Shown: positions 49,720 to 62,400, counted from the whole stretch's first letter. The stretch: 63,905 bases of DNA, filler included, from Octopus bimaculoides (GCF_001194135.2; 5 parts of 5 records of this genome joined end to end with filler, not necessarily neighbours in it), one strand, 5' to 3'. Numbers and translations are program-made. Notes: a model not told the origin generated them from the letters alone.

Positions 49720-50046
49720 TGCAATTCATAACCAGTTTATTTACATCGTGGCAGAATAGATGAAGTGTGTTGCTCTCAGTATACCATCTCAGGCTGTGTA
49801 TGTTTCATTGTATCTCCGATAATGCGGGCCCATTGCCTCTGGAGATACGCCACCCAGTGAAGTGTGTTTAGCAAGCACTTGCAGTAAAGGACAGATAGAA
49901 TCTGTTTTGTTGGGCCCTTATATCCAGTTTGCTATCACGAGCCTCGTTGTGAACTCATGCATGGCAAATGGATGCACAGTCTTGGAGATGGCAATGGCTG
50001 CTGCGAGATCTCATCCAATATGGCGCTGACTGCTTGTGCCACTACA
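49720..50046 (-). mobile_element. Putative 3' LTR of the Gypsy element
   Basis: Minus strand: purine tract GGGGAGGAG (50051-50059), then TGTAG at 50046; AATAAA at 49736-49741; CA end near 49720. No partner LTR is available to confirm. Confidence 0.45.
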
Positions 50047-50479
50047 AGGGCTCCTCCCCGAGTAAGGCAGTGCAAAAATAGAATAATTGGAGCAGGCACA
50101 AGAAAGAGCAAAGACGGCAACTGGTCGCAACCAACAAGATATGATACAAAAATGTGACAAGTCAAATAGAAAAATAATTGCAAGAAATATAAATTGGCAT
50201 GCACAAAATTTGACAAAATGTTCAATGGCAGAGTATTGGAACTGTCCAGTAACACAAGAAAGTAATTGTCTGTCACAGGAAACACAAAAGAGATTGTCAG
50301 ATATAAATAGTTTTAGTGAGTTTTTTGGGCCAATGCACAGTGCAGCCTGTCCTGGTGACATAAGGCGTGTTTGTGTTAGGCTGTGGCAACAAAGGTGAAG
50401 GTGTTGGTGTTGGTGTGGTCAAAGGTGCATGTTAAGGTAGTTGCAAAGAATCAAAAGTAGGTGTGCCTGGAGTGTCATC

Positions 50480-51690
50480 AGAGGGTGTGGAAACTTCAAA
50501 ATATGCCTTTTTTAGTCTGTCGACTGACAGGGTATCTGCCCAACCACTGATGTCAAGAGTAAAAATTTCGGGTGTGCGTGACAGCACACGAAATGGTCCA
50601 TTGTAAGGAGAAACAAGCGGTCCTCTGACAGAATCATCCTGAACAAAAACATGAGTCTATTTGTCTATATCCAGTGTGACACGAGAGGGAATAGACTGGT
50701 CACGCGGATGCATGGGTGGAAGACTCAAGAGAAAGGAGCGAAGTCTGGTGACATACGATGTTGGATCAGGAGGCGATGAGTTGTCTGGCGCTAACATTGT
50801 ACCAGGGAGTGCCAGAGTGGTACCGTAAAGGATTTCAGCAGAGGATAATCCTAAGTCTGCTTTAACAACAGTGCGACAACCAAGAAGAACGATAGGCAGG
50901 AATTCTGTCCAAGACTGCAGATCAGGAGTGGCGCATAAAGTGGCCTTCAGTTGCCTGTGAAAACGTTTGACCATCCCGTTGGAGGCTGGGCGGTAGCTAG
51001 TTGTATAAATGTGATGAATGCCTAGGATTTGTGATAATTCACAAAATAGTGAAGCCTCGAAGTGGCATCTGCAATCAGTGGTTATTTTAGCTTGGGCACC
51101 AAAGCAAGCAATCCAGTTAGAAACGAAAGCTTGAGCAGCTGACTCAGCAGAAATGTCCACTACTGGAATGGCCTCTGGTCAACGAGAGAAACGATCGACG
51201 CATGTCAATATATAAAAGAAACTGTGACTGACAGGTCATGGTCCAACCAGATCAATGTGGACATGGTGAAAGCGAGCCTCTGGAGGAGAAAACTGTCAAA
51301 GAGGAGCGTGAATATGCCTGTGGATTTTAGAATGCTGGCATTTTACACAAGAGCGTGCCCAATCGGTGATCATTCAGCGCATATTAGGCCAGAAAAACCA
51401 AGCCGTAATAAGCTTCACTGAAGCAGCGATGCCAGGATGTGACAGTGAATGCAAGACTTCAAAAACGGAACGCTGGTAGTTCTCAGGTACAAACGGTCTG
51501 AGAGAACCAGTAGCTGTGTCACAAAGGATTGTGTCTTCAGCAGATGGAAGTGGAAGATAGGCAAACTTGCAACATGACAACTTGGTGGAAGTTAGATCCA
51601 ATGTGTCCAGAGTGGGCTGATCCTGCGCAATTTTAGTTAAATCGATTGCAGCAGGAGATGAAAGGGAGCGCACAGGAAGATGCCCAGTGA
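50480..51690 (-). mobile_element. Ty3/Gypsy integrase fragment
   Basis: VLHSLSHPGIAASVKLI..WPNM; HIDLVGP; VDRFSRWPEAIP; ITTDCRCHFEASLF..TTSYRPASNGMVKRFHRQLK; SPYNGPF (GPY/F). Confidence 0.9.
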
Positions 51691-51699
51691 ATAACCTCT

Positions 51700-52010
51700 A
51701 CATAAGTCACAGCCTGGTTTATAAGTGTACCATACTCACATGAGGAGGCCCATATGTGTACATTTGTTCAAGAATCAATACTGTAACCTCATCTCAAACT
51801 TTAAAAAAATATGTAAGAGATATGCAACATCAGTGGCAGATTTTCTGAGGAAATTAAAATCGGATAACATTAAATACAAACTGTCCTGGACTGTAGTCAG
51901 ACGTGCACAACCCTACAATGCCCTTTCCAGGAGGTGCAGGTTATGTCTAGAGGAATCTCTGTCTATTTTATTAACAAGGGAAATAGTTATTGACAAACTA
52001 TCCAAATGAA
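51700..52010 (+). mobile_element. Penelope-like GIY-YIG endonuclease C-terminal fragment
   Basis: YATSVADFLRKLKSDNIKYKLSWTVVRRAQPYNALSRRCRLCLEESLSIL; same motif type as 1167-1355. Confidence 0.75.
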
Positions 52011-52635
52011 TAGCACGTTGCAATACATACTAAGATATTCACATTCACTCTTTACAGTAAAAATAATCTAGCACAGTAAAAATAATCCACAGCTATGATT
52101 AGCATATATGGAGTGCCCCATCACTCTTAATCAGCATAATGGAGTACCTGGATTTCTGGTACTAAACCACAACTCCCTACCACCACCACCAAACGAATGT
52201 CATGCTATGAGACCACCAACTATTCCTAGGAACTACAATATAGTATGATACCTGCCTGTCTAATGCCCTGTACAAACACTCATCTATGCCCCCACGTACC
52301 GCCTTCCAACCAATGAATACACAACTACCTACATTTTTCTCTACCATCCTAAACAATAATGTACTTTGCCCTTATATTCTGTTTATTCGTGATGAACAGT
52401 CCAGAATATACACATTTCTGTCCTTACATTACACTTTCCCTGGGGATGATCACACCATGATACGCACACAAAGTCATAGAATACTATCCGACCAACCTCG
52501 AGGTTAATCACCGAATAGGAAACTAATGCCACCATTGCCCAATGGTCTTGCAGCACCAGTAACGCAAGCAATGACTGCCTACACATTAACATTAATAGGT
52601 GCCCCTATGAGAAGCTACTACACACATGAAAGGCT

Positions 52636-52900
52636 TACTAATATTAACGATAAAATCAATATTAAATTTTTTCAAATTTGATATCAATAAATACTACTTG
52701 TCTATCTCTCCAATTCTCCTCAAGAAGCCTTTATATTTGCTATGAAAAACTTTAATCTAACTAGAAATAAAATTGATATTATTCTAACAGCAAGGAGAAC
52801 TATTATCAAATTTAATGATAAAATTAGGACTAGAAAGGATAGGCAAAAAAATTTTGATATTACCATGGGATCTAATGATTCTGCTCAGGTTACTGATATT
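52636..52900 (+). mobile_element. Penelope-like RT fragment (copy 1)
   Basis: FDINKYYLSISP; ILTARRTIIKFN; FDITMGSNDSAQVTDIV; near-duplicate of 53980-54243. Confidence 0.8.
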
Positions 52901-53412
52901 GTAATCCATGCATTGCCTAATTGCATGTAATTATCACTACATTGATACTGTTATATCTTGTATTGCCCTACTGTCTCATTGTCTCATCCCACTTAATCTT
53001 TCCACGGGATAAAAAACTAGGTAATCCTATTCAAATGGATATGCACATATATGTACATAGTTGAATAGATATGTACGTAACTATACACATTGGTAAGTCA
53101 GTTGATGTGATGTGTGTGTATATGTATAAAAATATATGGATGAGTCTATGTTAAATATGATGAATGGTGCACACGTGTGTATGTGCATGTGTACATATTT
53201 GTATATATAGGCATGTTGAGATATTGAAGTGTGCCAAATAGTCATTAAGTGACATGACCTGAACTACATCCTCAGCAAATATGTATTTGAGATGTGGCTA
53301 CTAGCAGCATCACCTAGCTGAGTCTATGAGCAAAATGTCACTTATGTAACTTGAAATCCTGTTATGTCACTTGATGAGGCATCTCTGCTCTGTGGGATGC
53401 ATTGGAATTCAT

Positions 53413-53556
53413 TACAGTAATCCCTCGACTATTATGGGTGCTATGTTCCGAAACACTCTGTGATGGGTGAAAATCCACATAGTAGAAACAGTACTATATT
53501 GTATTTTTTTTTTTTTTTTATAATTTGTATATATATATTTTATTATAAATGCAAAA
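53413..53556 (+). mobile_element. Possible pogo/Tigger-like DNA transposon terminal fragment
   Basis: TA followed by CAGTAATCCCTCGA, resembling CAGT-starting pogo/Tigger TIRs; the other end was not found. Confidence 0.35.
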
Positions 53557-53879
53557 GAACACCATGGAGGAATTGTAAACTTAAAGAATAAACCTTGGTA
53601 GGTGAGCTGTGATATGGCATGGGATTACTGTATATAATTCCACACTCATTAGGGAACAGTGCAGAATTATGCTGAAATGATCATGATGATAAATAAATTT
53701 TCCAGCATATTCTGTCTTCCATATCAATTATTTAGAATATACACAATGTGCACCGAGTAATTCCTTATGTAGATCCAGTGATTAATGTGCATTTACTGTG
53801 AATGACACCAGGTAGCCATAAGAGATGAACATGCTCTTCTGGTTCACTACTAGGAACATACCCAAAATACAGTTTGGAT

Positions 53880-54497
53880 GCTAAATTTTAAATTTCGGAT
53901 CTAAACTTTAATTATAACTCGAATAGAATTATACCTACACTTAAGAGAAAAATATCACTGACCCTATGGTTCAATATTATTGAAGTTATTAAAAAAAATC
54001 AATATTAAATTTTTGCAATTTGATATCAATAAATACTACTTGTCTATCTCTCCAATTCTCATCAGTAAGGTCTTTATATTTGCTATGAAAAACTTTAATC
54101 TAACTAGAAATGAAATTGATATTCTAACGGCAAGGAGAACTATTATCAAATTTAATGATAAACTTAGGACTAGAAAGGGTAGGCAAAAAAATTTTGATAT
54201 TACCATGGGATCTAATGACTCTGCTCAGATTACTGATATTGTAGGCATTTATTTATTACACTGTATTAAAGATGAATTTCTAGATATTAACGGAGGTCTT
54301 CATAGAGATGATATTAATTTTATGCAACTCTAGTAATGTAGAATATGTTAGATATATATGAAAAAAAAAAAGAATTATTAGACTGTTTAAAAATGTTGGA
54401 TTATCTATTATATTTGATGTAAACCAAAGAATGGTAAATTTATTAGATGTTACTCTAGATCTCACTACTGGTCTATATAAACCTTTCCACAAACCAT
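53880..54497 (+). mobile_element. Penelope-like RT fragment (copy 2, longer)
   Basis: FDINKYYLSI..FDITMGSNDSAQITDIVGIYLL..GLHRDD (YRDD-type motif)..VNLLDVTLDLTTGLYKPFHKP. Confidence 0.85.
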
Positions 54498-54559
54498 AAT
54501 TTGTTATCAAGAATTTTCAATGAATGAAGTTCCCTGCTCAGTACTTGTTGACAATGATT

Positions 54560-56205
54560 AGATTTAGTTGAAAAAGATGAAGATTTCATTACCCATGCTG
54601 GGATCATTAACAGAGTGTGAAAAATTCAAATTAAATGAATTAACCCGGGATTTATTCAAATGTCTAATTTTTGTTCAAGGATTAACAACAAGAAAAGATG
54701 CTGATATACGTTCCCGTATATTAACAAAATTAGAACAAAAATTAACTCTACAGGCAGTGGCTGAAGAATGCCAGAAGATAATAAATTTAAGACATGACGT
54801 GAATAAAATTGAAGAAAAAGTTTGCTCTCAAATACATGTATGTCAACCTGCAATGGGTAAGAAAAAAGAAAAACGAATATCAGGACCAAATCCATGCTAT
54901 GGGTGCACAGGTTTACATTTTAAAAGTAATTGTCCTTTTAAAAATTGTAAATGTTTTGATTGTGGAAAAATCAGACATAAAAACTCACATTGTATAGTGA
55001 AACAAAAAAAGGTTCAACAAAAAAATTCTAGAAAGAATGTATTGTTAAAAATATTTTAACTGAGGCTCAGAAAAGAAAATTTGTGTCCAAATATAATGTG
55101 AATATCAAGTTACCATTGGATACTGGCAGCGATATCATGATAATTAATACAGATACATGGAGAAAAATAAGGAAACTTAGATCAAAGGGAACTTTGAAAA
55201 TCACATGAGGTGTTTCAGGAAAAAAATTGCATTTTATGGGCAAAATGATAAGTGATGTTACATTTCGTGGAAAAACTTTGAAAGCCAACGTTTTTGTATT
55301 GAAAAATATGACAAATTTATTTGGAACAGACTGAATGGAACTATTTAACTTATAGGACTTACCCATAAATATTTTTTGTAAAAATGTGAATGGTTCTTCC
55401 ACCAGTACAAATAAGGCATTGGAGAATTTAAAAAAAGAATTTTAAAAAATTTTTCCTGAAGTTTTTTCTTAGGAGTTGGGTCTTTGCACCAAAACAGAGG
55501 CAGTTTCAAGTGAAAGAAAACACTATACTGGTTTTTAAACCAAAATGAATGGTACCTTTCGCAGTGTTGAAACAAGTTGACAAAGAATTGGATAGACTTG
55601 AAAAGTTATTGAAAAAAGTGATTACTCAAAATGGGCATCTCTAACAGTTTATGTCAAGAAAAAGTAATAAAATCTGAGTATGTGCTGATTTCTTAACGGG
55701 ATTAAACGAATGTTTGATGCAATAAAATTACCCGTTACCAAGTCCAGAGGAAACTTTCATGAAGTTGAATGGAGGAAAATTTTTTTCACAGTTGGACCTA
55801 TCTGAAGCACATTTGCAGGTAAAAGGCAATGAGGAATGATCAAAATTATTGACAATAAATACCCATAAAGGGTTGTATAAATTTAATTGACTCCCTTTTG
55901 ATATAAAGGTAGCACCTGGCATTTTCCAACAAATTATGGACATTATGCTCACAGGTTTGGATTTCACTGTAGCTTACCTTGATGACATGCTCATAAAAAG
56001 TGAATCTTGAGGTCAGTATGCTGAGCATGTTAAAAAGGTCTTCCAAAGGATAAAAGAGTATGGTTTTAAGCTCAGCGAGGAAAAGTGTGAATTTTTTATG
56101 CCAAGAATAAAATATCTAGGGCAGATTATTGATGAAAATGAATGCAGATCAGACCCATCTAGGGTGAGTGCAATAAAAAATATGCCTCCCCCAACAAATA
56201 TTACA
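54560..56205 (+). mobile_element. Ty3/Gypsy gag-protease-RT fragment, decayed
   Basis: LFKCLIFVQGL; two Cys knuckles CYGCTGLHFKSNC and CFDCGKIRHKNSHC; LDTGSDI protease; FSQLDLSEAHLQ; APGIFQQIMD; AYLDDML; KCEFFMPRIKYLG. Confidence 0.9.
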
Positions 56206-56337
56206 ATCATCATCATCATCATCATCGTTTAACGTCCGCTTTCCATGCTAGCATGGGTTGGACGATTTGACTGAGGACTGGTGAAACCGGATGGCAAAGG
56301 TCTCGGTCAGAAGTCATCGCCTCGGTGAAGCCCAATG
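56206..56337 (-). mobile_element. RTE LINE 3' end inserted into the Gypsy pol
   Basis: (ATC)n followed by GTTTAACGTCCGCTTTCCATGCTAGCATGGGTTGG, the reverse complement of the 49430-49481 terminus; cut by a gap. Confidence 0.9.
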
Positions 56338-56544
56338 TTCGAAGGTCGTGCCTTACCNNNNNNNNNNNNNNNNNNNNNNNNNNNNNNNNNNNNNNNNNNN
56401 NTTAATTAATTAANNNNNNNNNNNNNNNNNNNNNNNNNNNNNNNNNNNNNNNNNNNNAACGTAATTTCATTAGGTCCATTTCTTCCTTTAATATTCTGTT
56501 TTTATATTATCTTCGCAGACCCCACCACCCACCCATGCCCTGCT

Positions 56545-56593
<49 letters not shown>

Positions 56594-56641
56594 ACATCAC
56601 CATCACCATCACCATCATTATCATCGTCGTCGTCGTCGCCG

Positions 56642-56681
<40 letters not shown>

Positions 56682-56720
56682 AGTCGTCATCATCATGATT
56701 ATCGCTATTGTCGTCATCTA
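56545..56720. repeat. (CAT)n compound microsatellite
   Basis: Directly visible. Confidence 0.95.
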
Positions 56721-57684
56721 GTGTCATAGTTGTCGCCGGTGTTGCTGTTGCTGTTGGTGTTTATAGTCGCCCCCGAATCTTAATTGTTGCTGTAGTTGTT
56801 GTTATTGTTACATGTCGTCTGCTATAATTGTGTGTGTGTGTGTGTGCGTGCATGTGTTTGAGCATATGTGTGTATGTGTCTATGCGTTTGCGTATGTGTG
56901 TATGTGTACAATGAATGAATGACTCCTGCTGTGTCTACGTCAACTCTTCCTCCATTGTGAAAGTCAAAAGTGAAAAATAACAACAAATATATAAGACACA
57001 CAAAACACACAAAAAAGAGGAGGTAAAAGAACCCACCAAACAAAAAACAAAATAGGGTTTACAAAGAATTAAGGCGGGGGCCATCTGCACAGCTGAACGG
57101 TTGAAATAAGGGGCTGAAATAAAGGAATGATATAAAGAAGAGAAGCGCGGCGTAGACGAAGGGCTAAACGTATATAATTATGAGAAAGATGTGAGTCAAA
57201 ATGTATCAGTAATTAAACAAACATACAAGTATCTTTTATATAAGTGGCTGAGGTGATGAATCTAAGAGAAACCAGTAAATTACTGGTACTTATGGGCCGA
57301 TGAATAGAAAAAAAAATCAACGGATCATACGTCAGCTTCATATTCAAAAGAAAAGAAAATGGCGGAATAGAGAAAGGAAAATATATATAATAGCCTATTC
57401 AATTGATTTTTGAGGTTGGAGAGCAAAAAGAACCGTTTAAGATTCCTTTGAATTCTACTGTTTGACATGGTTGTTGATTTTTTTGTTTTGTTTTTACTCT
57501 CTTTTGAGATTGTATATAACTGTCTGCCAGTTTGTCTGCCTGTGTATCTGTCTGCGTGTCTGCCTGTGTATCTGTCTGCGTGTCTGCCTGCATGCCTGTT
57601 TAACTGTATGTCTGTACACTAACACACATACACATACACGCACGCACCCTTCCCCAGACTAACACACACGCATATATATTTAAC

Positions 57685-57736
57685 TTCGGCGAGCTAAGCC
57701 AGCATCTGACTACCGATGTTGGCTTAGCTGGCCGAA
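57685..57736. other. Near-perfect 22-bp hairpin with 8-nt loop
   Basis: TTCGGCGAGCTAAGCCAGCATC-TGACTACC-GATGTTGGCTTAGCTGGCCGAA: one mismatch and one G.U pair on the plus strand. Confidence 0.85.
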
Positions 57737-57856
57737 ACTTCGAAATCACTGTCAACAATATTCTTGTATAAGAATAATAAAATTTGTATTCTCCAAAAGT
57801 ATAGAGTCAAACTTCAGATTAATGTAAAATTGTTTGTATGTATTATAACTAAACAT

Positions 57857-58030
57857 AAGGCGGCGAGCTGGCAGAATCGTTAGTGCGCTGCACGAAATGC
57901 TTAGTGGTAAATGCTACATTCTGAGTTCAAATTCTGCCGAGGTCGACTTTGCTTTTTATCCTTTCGGGGTAGATAAATATAATCGACTTATACCTGTATC
58001 AAATTTCAGGCCTTGTGCCCATAGTAGAAA
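57857..58030 (+). mobile_element. SINE family A
   Basis: AAGGCGGCGAGCTGGCAGAATC head, GAGTTCAAATTC B box, core. Confidence 0.85.
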
Positions 58031-58104
58031 CAAACATTAATATATATATATAAAGTAAACAAACGATGTGCATTGTATATAATATATATATATATATCTT
58101 GTAC

Positions 58105-58168
<64 letters not shown>

Positions 58169-58180
58169 GTATGTATGTTA

Positions 58181-58408
58181 CTATGGGGACGTAAACAAAC
58201 TAACACCGGTTGTTATGTGATGATGGGGGCAAACACACACATATACACGACGGGGTTCTTTCAGTTTTCGGCTGCTAAATGCACTCGTAGAGCTTTGGTG
58301 GGCCCGACGATATAGTAAAATACACTTGCCTAAGGAGTCAAGTAGTGGGGCTGGACTGAACCCGGAACCATGTTATCAGGAAACAAACTTCTTGCCACTC
58401 AGCCACAT
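58181..58408 (-). mobile_element. SINE family B, 5' and middle part
   Basis: Reverse-complement homology to 35236-35470. Confidence 0.65.
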
Positions 58409-58620
58409 CTACATCTAGCCTCATAGGCACACCTACACATACATGTACACAGGTCCACTTATACAAGTGCGTGGCTACATGCAATATAAGTGCACCTCCC
58501 CACAACGATTTCTACAGAGTTTGAACTCTTTGTATGTACAGCGGAGGAAAAGAGACAAAATCGAACTGAGCAACATTCACACCTTTCTATCTGACCATTC
58601 GTAATATTTTTTGCTTTTGA

Positions 58621-59046
58621 ACGCGGCGAGCTGGCAGAAACGTTTGCACACCGGGCGAAATGCTTAGCAGTATTTAGTCTGCCGTTACGTTCTGAGTTCA
58701 AATTCCACCAAGGTCGACTTTTATCCTTTCGGGGTCGATAAATTAAGTACCAGTTACGCACTGGGGTCGATGTAATCGATTTAATCCGGTAGTCTGTCCT
58801 TGTTTGTCCCCTCTTTGTTTAGCCCCATGTAGGCAATAGAAAAATAAGAAACGTTAGCATGCCGGGCGAAATGCCTAGCGGTATCTCCTCTGTTTTTACG
58901 TTCTGAGTTCAAATTCCACCGCGGTCAGCTTTGCCTTTCATCCTTTCGGGGTCGATAAGTTAAGTACCAGTTGCGTACTGAGGTCGATCTAATCGACTGG
59001 CCCCCTCTCCCAAAAACTTCGGGCCTTGTGCCTAGAGTAGAAAAAA
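58621..59046 (+). mobile_element. Dimeric SINE family A (tail-1 monomer plus head-truncated tail-2 monomer)
   Basis: Junction AAAATAA|GAAACGTTAGC at 58847/58848. Confidence 0.85.
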
Positions 59047-59111
59047 ATATTTTTTGCTTTTGTTTTGTATATGATTGTAGTAAACAAACTAAAACCTGTC
59101 TTTACTGAATG

Positions 59112-59463
59112 GTGTTTATACTTAACTTATCGGCCCCGAAAGGATGAAAGGCAAAGTCGACCTCGGCGGAATTTGAACTCAGAACGTAACGGCAGACGAA
59201 ATACCTCTAAGCATTTCGATTGGCTAACGTTTCTTATTTCTTTACTGCCCACAAGGGGCTACACACAGAGGGCACAAACAAGGACAGACAAACGGATTAA
59301 GTCGATTATATCGACCCCAGTGTGTAACTGGTACTTATTTAATTGACCCCGAAAGGATGAAAGGTAAAGTCGACCTCGGTGGAATTTGAACTCAGAACGT
59401 AACGGCAGACGAAATACCTCTAAGCATTTCGATTGGCTAACGTTTCTGGCAGTTCACCGCCTT
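59112..59463 (-). mobile_element. Dimeric SINE family A, inverted relative to 58621-59046
   Basis: Same junction GAAATAA|GAAACGTTAGC at 59234/59233 on the minus strand. Confidence 0.85.
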
Positions 59464-59599
59464 ATTGAAAGGTGTTTATTGCTAGAGAAAGAGAAAACTT
59501 TAAACGATATCACAGACGTCATGGTCACAAATGTGGTATAATCAATGACCCAACATGCGATGAGTATTAGTACATTTTGCACAATACTATTTAATTGGG

Positions 59600-59880
59600 C
59601 ATTCGGCTCACGATCGTGAGTTCAATTCCCGGCGACGCGTTCTGTCCTTGAGCAAGACACTTTATTTCCCGTTGCTCCAGTCAAGTAGTGAGGTTAATGG
59701 AATCGACTTAGCCCTCCTCTAAATTGCTGGTCCTGTGCCAAAATTAGAAACAATAATTATTATTTGTCTTTCATCCTTTCTGGGTAGGTAAATGAGTACT
59801 TCGTACCAGCCAATTACTACTGGATTATTTTATCGATCAAACCCTTCTCCCCCCCAAAATTCAGGCCTTGTGCCCTTGTT
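59600..59880 (+). mobile_element. Degenerate SINE fragments (family C-like head, then family A-like core and tail)
   Basis: GTGAGTTCAATTCCC..GTCCTTGAGCAAGACAC; later CTTTCATCCTTTC and GGCCTTGTGCC. Confidence 0.55.
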
Positions 59881-60377
59881 AGATGCAGCTATTATTATCA
59901 TTAGCATTAGCATTTTGGCGACGGATAGCAAAATTTGTTAAGGAGTCAGATAAAATATTTTACAGAATGTAGTTATGTTCCTTTACACCATGACTATCCG
60001 ATGGATTCAACCATGACTTTTATTTATCCTCGTAGAAACGATAATATAAATATCACTGAAATACTAAGTTCAATTTAATTGACTGTAAGTCTCCATCAAA
60101 ACCTATTGCTTTCTGCCCCCGTTAGCGATTATTTTCATGGATTATAACAGTAGTTATATAAAGAGTCGTAACTACTGTTGAGTCACTGCGTAGCATGCAA
60201 TGTTTAGTGTTACCAAGTATGGCTGAATATATGTGAGATAAATCATATTTTGTACAGGATTATTTAAGGGCAGAAATAATATTTATATTTTTGTACTTAT
60301 GTTGCAATTACATAAACTAAATGATTAATTACCTTGGCAGACACACCTTAATTAATCATTAAATGTATGTCTGTATA

Positions 60378-60532
60378 TATATATATATATATATATATAC
60401 GCGCGCGGGTGTGTATGTGTGTAGACACATATATATAGACACATGCATATATAGATATACAGATATACACCTACATATGTATATATATACATCTAGGTAT
60501 ATATATTTATGTTTACTTGTATATACTACACA

Positions 60533-60608
<76 letters not shown>
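60378..60608. repeat. (TA)n-dominated compound microsatellite
   Basis: Directly visible. Confidence 0.95.
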
Positions 60609-60610
<2 letters not shown>

Positions 60611-60889
60611 TTCAATTACCATGTGACTGTCTTAGTCAATATTTCTCTATTTCCATATTCCAGACATCTTAACGTCAGCTGTCTGAAAGAATATCACTTA
60701 TTTAATTAAGATGTATGTCAGCTTCATTAAGAAACAGATTATATCTGCAATTGAAGTTGTTTCCCCTCCTTCTTGATGGATTTTGGGGATGCGATCCTAC
60801 TCTTATTTTTATCTATTTTTATATTCTTAGGAAAGTGATGGATTATCAGAATCGATAGAGCGTTTCACAAAATGTCTTGTGATATTTGT

Positions 60890-61160
60890 TTTGGCGTTTT
60901 ACGTTCTGTGTTCGTATCCTACTGAGGCTGGCTCTGCTTTCCGTCCCTCTACGGTCAACAAAGTAAACATGGTATTAACTATGACCCTCCTCCAACATTT
61001 CAGGCTCTGTTCCAATGTTAGAAATAATTCCAGCTGTTTAGGTTCTGATTTCAAATCCTCTCGGAGTCAGCTTTGTTTTTCATCTCTTCGGGGTCGATAA
61101 ACTTAAGTAGCAATGAAGTTCTCGATACACTCCTCTCCCAAAATTGTTGCCTTCATGCCA
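60890..61160 (+). mobile_element. Degenerate SINE family A remnants
   Basis: TTACGTTCTG; TTTTTCATCTCTTCGGGGTCGATAA; CTCCCAAAATTGTTGCCTT. Confidence 0.45.
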
Positions 61161-61192
61161 AAATTTGAAATAGTTATTATTATTATTATTAC

Positions 61193-61279
<87 letters not shown>

Positions 61280-61297
61280 TATTATTATTATTATTAT

Positions 61298-61846
61298 ATG
61301 ATTGACTTTTGCTTTGTATTTGTACAAGTTGACTCCAAGTCTCACTCAGAGATCTCAAGAGACAACAAGTTAGAAGTTCATGTTGGTGTTATGCCTAGGG
61401 TGTCATATATTTGGTTTTGCACAATGTATTGTTCTAGAGAATGTTTAAGAAAACATAAGAAAATTATTAGATTGTTTTAAAATTTGAGATTACATAGACA
61501 GTATTTTACGTAGGATATGGGCAGTTCCCATGAGCACTATCTTTTGAACTTCTACCGTTTTTGTGCTCGCTCAGTTTTTGGTAGGTCTTGACAGATGCGT
61601 TTAAGTCGATTGGGACAGTCATATCGATAAGGAGGCATGATTTTTGTCTGAAGTCCTTCAATATAATATCTGGCCTATTCACATCTATCTTTCTGTTAGT
61701 TTGAACGGTGAAGTTCCAGAGGAGTGAGATGTGATAATTTTCAAGCACCGGAGGTGGTTTGTGCTCCCACCAGTTTTTATCATGGGACAGGTTCAGGTTT
61801 TTGCAAATTACCCAGTGAACATATTTTGTTTGTCTATCATGCCTGC
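61298..61846 (-). mobile_element. R4/Dong-like LINE 3' fragment A, flanked by (TAA)n
   Basis: RHDRQTKYVHWVICK..WWEHKPPPVLEN..LLWNFTVQTNRKIDVNRPDIILKD..LLIDMTVP; ILRKILSM*; 3' UTR then (TAA)n. Confidence 0.9.
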
Positions 61847-62272
<426 letters not shown>

Positions 62273-62306
62273 ATTATTACTATTATTATTATTATTATTA
62301 TTATTA

Positions 62307-62340
<34 letters not shown>

Positions 62341-62400
62341 GTTATTATTATTGTTATTGTTATTGTTGTTACTTTTATTATTATTATTATTATTATTATT

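Noticed and set aside
53241-53400. Hammerhead-like TTGATGA-G-GCATC..GATGC
   Set aside because: No GAAAC follows the stem, and TTGATGA is part of an 18-nt inverted repeat with 53241-53258; a truncated ribozyme cannot be excluded but is unsupported
57857-59463. Recurring conserved ~30-nt words that could suggest a CRISPR-like array
   Set aside because: Irregular spacing, mixed orientation and homologous spacers; they are SINE copies in a eukaryotic context with no cas genes
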